Shown here piece by piece: positions 1 through 8,817 of a stretch of 49,897 nt of DNA (the stretch's first letter is position 1; each line of letters opens with the position of its first letter). Source of the DNA: a virus; UHGV virus genome UHGV-0143838; one strand, 5' to 3'. The translations under genes were made by a program, and so were the position numbers. The notes below the pieces were generated by a model. That model saw only the letters and a list, made by a program, of their open reading frames with translations. It ran no database searches and was not told where the DNA came from.

Positions 1-211
1 ATAGGATTCAATTCTTTTAGCGTCTCGTCATATCGTTTAAAACGATCAAAAACAATCTTATGATAGTTTTTATCTATCATAAATAGATATTCGATCGATT
101 GTAACAATTAATTACCGATCGATACCACCTGTTCAATCGTCAAAATCTATCAATAATCAATTATCGATCTTTTATATCGATCATTTTATTGAGATCTGTT
201 CACAAAATGAT

Positions 212-595
212 ATGCTTCGCGTAGGTCGTTCAGTAGGATCTGGTGAGGTGAGTATGGAAGTCATCAACAAGGAAACCGACAGCATTCAAACAAAGTCTAA
301 CAGTGCTGTTTTATCATATATCTATGGACAGTCTGGATTCACCATTGTTCTGAATAAATGTTTTGTGCGGCTATTCAATAATGCATCTGGCATTAATGCC
401 TTATATGGCTATAACCAAATCCGGGAAATCAATTACACATTACCAAACACTGATTTCGGTGAGGCAGAGATCTGTATTCTCACATCTGGAAGCAACAATG
501 CTTTATGGAAGTTTACTGTTAAGTCGGAAGACAATGAAAGAGTTTGTGAGAGATGGATTAGCATATTTGATGAGCAGATATTTAACAGTATATAA
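212..595 (+). CDS. hypothetical protein
   Basis: ORF 127 aa; better RBS (GGTGAGG) precedes the internal ATG at 254, so the true start may be 254; GATC-rich region immediately upstream. Confidence 0.45.
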   Translation: MLRVGRSVGSGEVSMEVINKETDSIQTKSNSAVLSYIYGQSGFTIVLNKCFVRLFNNASGINALYGYNQIREINYTLPNTDFGEAEICILTSGSNNALWKFTVKSEDNERVCERWISIFDEQIFNSI

Positions 596-708
596 AATAA
601 AACATAAAATGTTAATTCTTTTATAAAGGAAACCGCAAATATATTTGCTTTTTTAGAAATTAATATTTAATTATATACACATGTAATATTTAATAATGAG
701 GTTTATTT

Positions 709-1179
709 ATGTCTGGAAAAAATCCATTCTGGAATTATGATTATAATGCAGCACAACGCAACAGAGAGATAGTAGATTCATATCAACAGGCTAATGAGGC
801 CAGACTGAACTCTCAGCAAGCTCAGTTTGAAGCATCAATGGCAAACGATGAAGTTAATCATCTACAATTGCGCCTTAACCAAACTATATCCAGTCATAAG
901 AAGGTAGTGGACAGGTATGAACAACAGTTGGAAGGATTTAAAAATAATTTTTTCCGCGTTGCATTACACAAGAATATTCTTTATAGAACCATCAGCAAAC
1001 TGCAGGAGGAATGGCCCGACAAAAAGGAATTTATCCTTGACGAAATGCAAAGACAACGCGATTTATGTAATCAACAGGATTATAAAGAAAGATGGTGGAA
1101 CGCTATCAAAAGTAATAACCTTGCTGATGACTATCTTGATTTCCCGTTCCCTGAGCGTAAGGTCAAGAACAAAGCATAA
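709..1179 (+). CDS. hypothetical coiled-coil protein
   Basis: ORF 156 aa with RBS (TGAGGT) upstream; Q/E/R-rich heptad-like sequence; co-directional with neighbours. Confidence 0.5.
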   Translation: MSGKNPFWNYDYNAAQRNREIVDSYQQANEARLNSQQAQFEASMANDEVNHLQLRLNQTISSHKKVVDRYEQQLEGFKNNFFRVALHKNILYRTISKLQEEWPDKKEFILDEMQRQRDLCNQQDYKERWWNAIKSNNLADDYLDFPFPERKVKNKA

Positions 1180-1325
1180 TATATGGTGATTATTATGTAA
1201 TAACAAATACACAAGATGAAACTAAGCATTTCTTCATAACGACTATTGATTTCGACAAGACACTACCCTGTCATGTCTCCTACAGGCACCCCCATATCAA
1301 CCATTCACTTTATGGAATCATCCGC

Positions 1326-1883
1326 ATGTCTCATGAGAAAAAACAGTATATAAAATCATATAAGCATACACTGGTTGAGTATAGTAAACCCACAGAAGAG
1401 CTGAGCAGGCAAGATATAGAAAATAGTGATGATGATCTCAAAAATCGGCAAGCAAAAGCTATTTTGTTAGATTTTTCACTAATCTTTATTTTAGTGCCTT
1501 TTATTGGCTTCTTGTTTTATGTGATTATTAAATTTATGAACTCAACACAGCCACGCATGATTTCGCCACCGGACAACTATGTTGACGTAGGGATCTTTTT
1601 GTTTATAGGAACTGTTATATGGCTACTTTATGTAATTAGAGGTAGATCATTTAAAAATTTAAATGATACAATCTTATTTACTGGAACAGCTATTGGCTTT
1701 GTATTATTCTTTCACAAAGATGTTACAATCATAGATCATAACAACGCTACATGGATTTTTGGTCAAATAGTTTTAGCGAGTTGTTCTGTTGGCAAAGCTC
1801 TTATTGCATTTACAGAATTTATTGTAGAACGAGTTGGCGAAACTAAAAAATCAGTAGAAAAGAAAACTTATCCCCACCACTAA
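1326..1883 (+). CDS. hypothetical integral membrane protein (about 4 TM segments)
   Basis: ORF 185 aa; four long hydrophobic stretches (e.g. AILLDFSLIFILVPFIGFLFYVII, VGIFLFIGTVIWLLYVI). Confidence 0.5.
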   Translation: MSHEKKQYIKSYKHTLVEYSKPTEELSRQDIENSDDDLKNRQAKAILLDFSLIFILVPFIGFLFYVIIKFMNSTQPRMISPPDNYVDVGIFLFIGTVIWLLYVIRGRSFKNLNDTILFTGTAIGFVLFFHKDVTIIDHNNATWIFGQIVLASCSVGKALIAFTEFIVERVGETKKSVEKKTYPHH

Positions 1884-2365
1884 CCTTACATACATCAGAT
1901 ATCTTAGCTAAGACCTAATCTGATAGTTACCGGTTATTTATACAGGTGTCTGTCAGATTACATCTGGTTTAAATTTCGCTCAAAGTATTTGTTATAATTC
2001 TTTCTTATTCACTTTTTCATTATCACACATCATTAAGAGAATCGTTAAAAAAACCCCACACTTACAAAATGAATAAAAACTTAATAACATTATTACCGCT
2101 GCCCATAGGTACTTCAATGAGTTAAAAGAAAACCTCAGAAAAAATTTCAGAAATAGCATCACCGTTTCATATTTTTTAGACATACTCTTATCCTTTCATT
2201 ATACTTTTATATACATCAATATTGAATAGATGTAATCTACTGTTGATTCCTATACGTATAGCCCATATATAGATTAATGTCTATCAAACACGATTTTTTA
2301 TTTATTGTGATTTTATAAACTTAATGACCAGTACCACCATTAACCCATAAAAATTATGAATAATG

Positions 2366-2596
2366 CTATTTTGCCAAGATTTTATTTTTCTCAAAACGTT
2401 TAAAAAGCCATGATGATAAAACATCACTAATAAAGAACAAAGGAACGAGAACTAAATATTTATATTTGTTCGTGATACATGAATCAAACAAAATAATAAT
2501 CAGGATAAGAAAAATAAAATCCCCCCTCAGTTTATTCATTACACTGTCAAACACTTCATAAAATCTCATGATCTTTATATCCATATTATTTCTCAT
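2366..2596 (-). CDS. hypothetical small membrane protein
   Basis: ORF 76 aa with two hydrophobic segments; very AT-rich, could be spurious. Confidence 0.25.
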   Translation of the reverse strand: MRNNMDIKIMRFYEVFDSVMNKLRGDFIFLILIIILFDSCITNKYKYLVLVPLFFISDVLSSWLFKRFEKNKILAK

Positions 2597-2686
2597 CCTT
2601 TTATATACGTCTAATTCAATATATTGACAAGAATATAAAACTACCTTATTGCTTCATTTATATAAACAAAAACATGGGGCTAAAAG

Positions 2687-3115
2687 ATGGGAAGAACATT
2701 TAGAGAAAAAACAATCAACATATTACAAATAATCACTCTGTTGACATTCTATTGGCTAATTTATAATTTTTGTCTCGACCACCTGTATGCTAATGCCTCA
2801 AAAGGCCCTGCAAGCATTATTACTGATACATATTTTCCAGCTGCATTATTAGCTCATGTTGGGCTATTGTTTCTTTTCATCCCATACTATTTAATGTGGA
2901 AGGCGAAGGAGAAATTTAACTGGAGAGGAATCTTCAATGCTCATCGAAACTATCCTTTCACAGTCTTTATTAGTTATACTTCAGCTACCATAACATATAT
3001 GATAGCTGATAAAGCATCTTTCTATGATTCTGGTATAAATACTCTATACTTGATTCAAATTATTGCCTTTATTTTTGTTACGATTATTTATCTGCATTCT
3101 TCCAACAAAGATTAA
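2687..3115 (+). CDS. hypothetical integral membrane protein
   Basis: ORF 142 aa with multiple hydrophobic helices; 3' end overlaps the convergent 3044-4210 ORF. Confidence 0.4.
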   Translation: MGRTFREKTINILQIITLLTFYWLIYNFCLDHLYANASKGPASIITDTYFPAALLAHVGLLFLFIPYYLMWKAKEKFNWRGIFNAHRNYPFTVFISYTSATITYMIADKASFYDSGINTLYLIQIIAFIFVTIIYLHSSNKD

Positions 3116-4210
3116 TATAATACCATATACGACAATAACAGCTAGAACATAAAATATTATACCTACCCGTGAAATATCGGAATTAAACCATTTGAACATT
3201 TTCATTAAAGAATAAACAACTCGATCAAGGGACGATGTTTTCTCCCTTACCTCCATACATGACAGCTTGCACTCACTGTCATCTATCTGGTTAAGAATAC
3301 TCATTGCCTCATTTCGCTGTCCTTTTCCCAAGAAATGTCTGGCTAATATAAGTCGTTTGTCCACAGAAGATATATCATCCTGAATTAATCCATATAATAT
3401 ATGGATATCTTTTTGACTCAGTTGTTTCTTGTTTTCTCTATCTTCATAGTAAAAATCGAGGACGAGTGGGTTGTCTGACATACTTTTATCGATAGATTTG
3501 ACAACAGCATCCCATCGATGACTGTCCATATCGGCTAAAGATAATATAGGGTATAACTTCTCAATGACACGTTCCCCTACAGGAGAATAATAAAATCTAT
3601 GATGTGTTTTTTTATAAAATGAGTCTGATATATTGGCTATAACACCTGTATTCTCATTTTCTGTAGTTTCCCAATAAAATCTCATTCCATATTTTTCACT
3701 AATAAATGATAGAAAAGCATGACGTGGAGCATAAACTATTTCTAACTTTTTACTGAATGCTCTTGCAGCATCAAACATAAGATATACGTTCAGATCACAG
3801 TCAGAAAAGTGATTAGCATAAGCCTTAGCTACTGTAGCTGATGGTTTATAATAAAAGTTAGCTCCTAATATTTTGTTTGCACAGTCCAAGAAATTTTCAG
3901 TAGTATCATCAATCCTACATGTATCTTTTACTTTCTTTAAAAAATTATTTATAGCCCCATATGCTTTACGCGCTTCGTTAGAATTAATGATACCATTTTG
4001 CTCATCCATCCTGACGAGGCGATGAGTCAGGTTTAATGGGTCATAGTCCGCAAATACATCCGGGGTATGTTCAAATCGTTCGGCACGCGTTGCACTTTTA
4101 TCTTTGGTCAGAGTTATAGATACGAATGAGATAACAAGCACAGGAAGAATAATTAACGCCACAGGCATTATTAATTTTCGCAAAGTTAATAATTTGATAC
4201 GCAATAACAT
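3044..4210 (-). CDS. hypothetical membrane-anchored protein (N- and C-terminal TM segments)
   Basis: ORF 388 aa; N-terminal hydrophobic anchor (PVALIILPVLVISFVSI) and C-terminal TM (VGIIFYVLAVIVVYGIILIFVG); no family recognised. Confidence 0.5.
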   Translation of the reverse strand: MLLRIKLLTLRKLIMPVALIILPVLVISFVSITLTKDKSATRAERFEHTPDVFADYDPLNLTHRLVRMDEQNGIINSNEARKAYGAINNFLKKVKDTCRIDDTTENFLDCANKILGANFYYKPSATVAKAYANHFSDCDLNVYLMFDAARAFSKKLEIVYAPRHAFLSFISEKYGMRFYWETTENENTGVIANISDSFYKKTHHRFYYSPVGERVIEKLYPILSLADMDSHRWDAVVKSIDKSMSDNPLVLDFYYEDRENKKQLSQKDIHILYGLIQDDISSVDKRLILARHFLGKGQRNEAMSILNQIDDSECKLSCMEVREKTSSLDRVVYSLMKMFKWFNSDISRVGIIFYVLAVIVVYGIILIFVGRMQINNRNKNKGNNLNQV

Positions 4211-4330
4211 TTAATCATCCACTGATAATAGAAAAGCAAATGTTAACACTAAATCAATCAAGCAGTAACTTATAATTGGCTTAACTACGAATCTTTACAT
4301 TGTTATTACCCATCCAAGTAACTCATTAAA

Positions 4331-4350
4331 TTAGTTAGTTAGTTAGTTAG
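4331..4350. repeat. tetranucleotide microsatellite (TTAG)5
   Basis: Five perfect tandem TTAG units read directly; intergenic, about 120 bp upstream of the 3044-4210 start codon. Confidence 0.9.
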
Positions 4351-4511
4351 TTTTATTTTGAAAATTAATTTTAGATTTACTAACTCTACAAACTTGTATA
4401 CTTATCAATAAAATAGAATGTGCATAACAAAAACAAAATACAAACAGCAAAAATTTAATAACAAATAGATGAATATTATGCATTCTCATATAATCTAATA
4501 CAGATCTAAGC

Positions 4512-5768
4512 TTAGTTAGTTGCTGCCTGCGTTGATTTTGTGGCATTGATTTTCAGATTATTCAACATCACCTTATCGACAGGTTGTAGTTGCTGTCCTA
4601 ATAGGGCTGCTAATAAAATATTTGTGTCTTCTGTTCTTTCTATTAGAAGCATCTGTAATCTTAAATCAATGGCCTGCATTCTTGCCTGCTCATGTGCGGT
4701 TTCTTTTTCATCTGTACTGCTGATCTTGACCTGCCATGCATCAGCACCAGTAGTATCCGCATAGCGAGAATAGATCTCATATCTCAACATTTCCCATTCC
4801 GAAGGTTTAGACGGGAACTCTGCTCCGGGGAATAATGTCGCATACTTGGTTTTCACAGACGCATCAGTCCACGCCTGACTTGCTCCTGCTGTAGAACCAA
4901 GTCCTGAGCCGATATTTACCCCTCTTGAGTTTACTGATACATCACCAGATTTCTTTATTGCCAGAATAGAATCAACAGCATTAGTTCCCGCTGTGCTTCT
5001 GGCAACAAAACTTGAGAATGCTGACAGGTATTCGCGTCCTTCTTTCGTATCTTCAAGACTCCTGTCGTTTAGCTGCTGTAGCGGTAAATTACCAATCAGA
5101 TTTCGCTTAGCAGCATCAGCCACTTTCATCTGTTTAACATCATAAGATTGGTTTGAAACTTTATTCCCCTGAGCATCAGATATGGATAACGGTGGTGTGG
5201 TGAGTGAGGTAGCAGATTTATCTTTATCAGCATATGCACCAATAGAACTACATCCACCTCTGTTGTATTTCACATCCTCGTCAGAACAGACTTCAATTGA
5301 GACTCGGCCCATCACGTTATTTTTAGCCTCATTTATACCGGTGCTCGCTCCCGTAAACATTTTCACACTATTTTCAGCTAAAGCAGCTTTAGCTGAGCTT
5401 GTGTTTGATCCTGCCGACCCTCTACCTCCTGCTGCTGTAGCTTCCTCACAAGCATTAGCATCAGGAATTCGCTTAAGGATATTTTGCATTCTTTGCTCCT
5501 GAATAGCTTGGTTTGCATTGCTTATAACAGAGTTCTTTTGATTCTCATTAGCAGTAATATTAGCCTGTGCAAGTTTGTCATTCATTGAGACTAATGTCTC
5601 AATCATTCCATTTCCCATAGATTGAGGGTATGCCCCCATTACGTAAGGTGTCAATACTTCTTCCGTGACGGGCCAGACAGCAAAAGCTGTATTTGAATAC
5701 AGAACAGAAAAACACAAAATCGAAGTCGCTGCTATTCTTTTTATTTTGAAATTACCATGACTCATCAC
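4512..5768 (-). CDS. hypothetical secreted protein (Sec signal peptide)
   Basis: ORF 418 aa; N-terminal signal-like sequence ending AFA; RBS AAGGGAG precedes ATG at 5765; Ala/Ser/Gly/Asn-rich mature region. Confidence 0.55.
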   Translation of the reverse strand: MMSHGNFKIKRIAATSILCFSVLYSNTAFAVWPVTEEVLTPYVMGAYPQSMGNGMIETLVSMNDKLAQANITANENQKNSVISNANQAIQEQRMQNILKRIPDANACEEATAAGGRGSAGSNTSSAKAALAENSVKMFTGASTGINEAKNNVMGRVSIEVCSDEDVKYNRGGCSSIGAYADKDKSATSLTTPPLSISDAQGNKVSNQSYDVKQMKVADAAKRNLIGNLPLQQLNDRSLEDTKEGREYLSAFSSFVARSTAGTNAVDSILAIKKSGDVSVNSRGVNIGSGLGSTAGASQAWTDASVKTKYATLFPGAEFPSKPSEWEMLRYEIYSRYADTTGADAWQVKISSTDEKETAHEQARMQAIDLRLQMLLIERTEDTNILLAALLGQQLQPVDKVMLNNLKINATKSTQAATN

Positions 5769-5975
5769 ACACTCCCTTTAATTCATTACATTCTTTATTA
5801 ATTAATAAATTAAAAATGAATTGTCAATTGTTCTGACTATGCTTAATGATCCCTTATCGTGTTTAAAAAGCATAGATTTTAAAACCAACTCAGATTAATA
5901 TATTCACTCCTGAATCATCATTAAGAGAATTGCCATGTCGATTTATAATATTTAAACAAATTCGGATGGAGTTTT

Positions 5976-6353
5976 TTAGCGACGAAAAGAATCAGGGCGT
6001 TTCCATTCAAACACTGCAGCATGTCTTGCTTTAGTTCTTTCACTTTTAATCTGATTAGCTTTACGCTGAGAACATATTTGTTCACGAGCAACACCCAGAA
6101 CTTTTCTTCTCTCTTCTTTGGTAAGATTCTTACCTTTCACTTTCATTGCCTCACACACTGCATCATCAAGAAATTTCTTTTCCGATACTGTCACGCTTCT
6201 TAAACATCCATGCTTATTCATATTTTTATCCATTTGTTTTTTCTCTTTTTTAATCCCGAGATCTGATTTTTTGTTTCCATCTTCAATATTGGTTCCATTA
6301 AAACTTCCCTCGTTATTATTTGTTACAGAACCTTCTTCAGTTTCGTTTTTCAT
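5976..6353 (-). CDS. hypothetical lysine-rich protein
   Basis: ORF 125 aa, highly basic C-terminus; no family recognised. Confidence 0.4.
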   Translation of the reverse strand: MKNETEEGSVTNNNEGSFNGTNIEDGNKKSDLGIKKEKKQMDKNMNKHGCLRSVTVSEKKFLDDAVCEAMKVKGKNLTKEERRKVLGVAREQICSQRKANQIKSERTKARHAAVFEWKRPDSFRR

Positions 6354-7326
6354 TTTTCTGACTCTTTATTATGTAAGTTATCTATTTAATACAATTAAAA
6401 TTTTGTTTTTTCAAATTAACTCGTTTTTTAAAACCATTTAAAATGCATATTTTCACAAATCACTTTAGATTTATATTTTTTCTGTACTAGTTTTACTATT
6501 TAATTTATTTTAAAAGATTTAGGGTTTTAGAGGGAACTCCGTCAGGAGTAGTATGGTTTTTCTAGAGCTTCGCCTCTCCTAATCCGCATATTAAAGTTTC
6601 AAAACAATCTCATGATTTTCAAATTTTATACACGTAATAGGACAAGACGCTTCTCATGCTATGACTTAGAATTGCAATACGTTTCCATATTGCGACACCC
6701 TTCTGCACTCCCATAGACAACATCATAGCTATAAAAACATTTTCTCGTTTTGCTAAAGAAAATTACACTGCTGTTTTTATAAGCCTTAGATGTGCGCTTC
6801 GAGTTGATGTTACGCAGACTCCCCGCTTTGGCATCGACAATAACCTTGAGAATGAATCAAACACTTTCGCTCCTACCTTCTCAGACCCGTACAATCAGGT
6901 TTAACGTTATTGCTTTTGAGAACTAGATTAGTTTTTGGAAATGGTATTTGACAGACTTGTAAAAAGTTGAGATTTAGATTTGACAAATATGGAAAGATTA
7001 TTTAATACTTTATTATATTTGTAGTCATGTTATCTGGTTAACTGATTACGAGGCTTCAAAAGTCGGCAAAACTTTTTTAGTCCTTAAAAAGTCAACTTTG
7101 ATAAGTTGGCTTTTTTTGTATCTTCATTCTGTTTACATCCAAATATTTCACTTGTCAAACAAAACAGTTCTTAAATACTATAATAAATTATATTCATCCA
7201 AAATGATGACCCCGAACTTTATTGTTATCTTCTCATTAAGAGCACAACCAGTAGTTGTTTAACTAACAAGTATCGTTAATATTCACAAAGCTTATTTATT
7301 GGCACCAACGTAAAAAAGTAGTATAA

Positions 7327-7842
7327 GTGAAGGATCAGACATTAAATGGAGTGACCGATATGGATGCTGGATTTATTTTACCTCAAGAAAAACAACAGGT
7401 TCTTGATGAAATAAACAGATGGCTTAACACAGTCTATCCCTACAAAAAACCACCTGCACATCTTTGTGATCCGATTGATAGGGCCAGTAAATTTTTCCGT
7501 ATTGATGTTCACAGGAAAAAATTCAGTATTTATCTTAGACTTGGAAAAACATGGGCATCATCTCAGAATAAATCTATTGTCATTGCTAAACTCTGTTTTG
7601 AAAAAGAACGTTCTGGTTATGGCTCAGCGTTGCTGAAATGCCTTGCGAAAATAGCAGAAAAATATAATTATGAAAATATTGCTATCGAGTCAGTCAATGA
7701 AAAAAGTAGATCATTTGCGTTGAAATTTGGTTTTTCAGAATATCAAAACAAAAATGATTATATCATTACAACTGAAAAACTTACTACTATCCTTAATAAA
7801 CTGCCTCCCCCCTTATCTTTGAGTCGAATTCATGTGTCATAG
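7327..7842 (+). CDS. GNAT-family N-acetyltransferase (putative)
   Basis: ORF 171 aa (GTG start; ATG at 7360 possible); GNAT-like motif region RSGYGSALLKCLAKIAEKY...SFALKFGFSE. Confidence 0.5.
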   Translation: MKDQTLNGVTDMDAGFILPQEKQQVLDEINRWLNTVYPYKKPPAHLCDPIDRASKFFRIDVHRKKFSIYLRLGKTWASSQNKSIVIAKLCFEKERSGYGSALLKCLAKIAEKYNYENIAIESVNEKSRSFALKFGFSEYQNKNDYIITTEKLTTILNKLPPPLSLSRIHVS

Positions 7843-7924
7843 TATTATTATTTTTTTCAAACAAGGTCCTATACCTATGACGAAATATAATAATATTTTC
7901 ATATGATTTTAAAATAAAAAGGAG

Positions 7925-8662
7925 TTGCTGATGCTAACAATTGAAGTAGAAACAGCAAAGTTGACTGTTGGAAACAGTGAATTTTTAATCGAAATACCTA
8001 AATCATTATATGAAGTGATTTCAAGTCAAAATAAAAAGGACCAATTAACAACGATAAAAAATAATGATGCAGAAAAAATAGAGTATTTCTTAAGAGATAA
8101 GTTGTATTATGACACAAGGCCGTCAAGTAAAAGACAAATGGATTACGTAATAGCAATAGCTGAAAAACTAAAGATAAAAATCAATAAAAAAACGCTCGAA
8201 AATACATCCAGTGCGAGTGCCTTTATTGATAAGCATAAATACGAATTTGATAAAAAAGTGGAAGAGGAACATCAAGCATGGATTGAGTATAAAAAGAGTG
8301 ATGAATATAAAATTCTTCAAAAAGTTGAAAGTGCAATAAAAAGACATTTTATAAGATATGGCACAACAAGAAAAAAATTACTTGCACATCAGATGATTGA
8401 ATCTGGCTTATCAATAAATGATATTGCAGATAAAATAGGCGTTACCACAACCACTATCAATAAATATTTAGCTGAAGTGGTAGATATAACTAACCGATCC
8501 ATAGCAAATGAAAGTTCATGGATGATATTTCATTATGTTCTATCAAAGATGGTTTTCTCAAATAAGGAAAATCTAACACCAAGTGAATGGAGAGATACTA
8601 TTATAGCCTTGACCATGAAAAACAGATGGTATGAAGAAACTTGGTTTTTTACAGAAGAATAA
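7925..8662 (+). CDS. hypothetical protein with helix-turn-helix-like segment
   Basis: ORF 245 aa; HTH-like stretch LSINDIADKIGVTTTTINKYL; directly downstream of the GNAT gene. Confidence 0.45.
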   Translation: MLMLTIEVETAKLTVGNSEFLIEIPKSLYEVISSQNKKDQLTTIKNNDAEKIEYFLRDKLYYDTRPSSKRQMDYVIAIAEKLKIKINKKTLENTSSASAFIDKHKYEFDKKVEEEHQAWIEYKKSDEYKILQKVESAIKRHFIRYGTTRKKLLAHQMIESGLSINDIADKIGVTTTTINKYLAEVVDITNRSIANESSWMIFHYVLSKMVFSNKENLTPSEWRDTIIALTMKNRWYEETWFFTEE

Positions 8663-8788
8663 ACATCCCTTGATACATTGTTTATATTTCAAAAAAGGCT
8701 ATGGCGACATTTTACTTTTGCCATAACCATTTCAATATTGCTTGTAAGTAATCATATAAGATGATTTTTATTCTAAATAATAATTAAT

Positions 8789-8816
8789 ACTAAAGAGGAC
8801 CGAAGTCCTCTTTAGT
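8789..8816. terminator. bidirectional hairpin between convergent genes
   Basis: Perfect 12-bp inverted repeat ACTAAAGAGGAC-cgaa-GTCCTCTTTAGT flanked by A/T-rich sequence; lies at the 3' end of the 8818-11532 gene. Confidence 0.55.
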
Positions 8817-8817
8817 A

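Noticed and set aside
5182-6441. Plus-strand ORFs (5182-5502, 6021-6203, 6118-6441) opposite the secreted-protein and lysine-rich genes
   Set aside because: Antisense overlaps with low-complexity translations and no RBS.
6354-7326. Possible IS element or pseudogene in the 970-bp non-coding stretch
   Set aside because: No transposase-like ORF in any frame and no terminal inverted repeats; more consistent with an AT-rich regulatory spacer.
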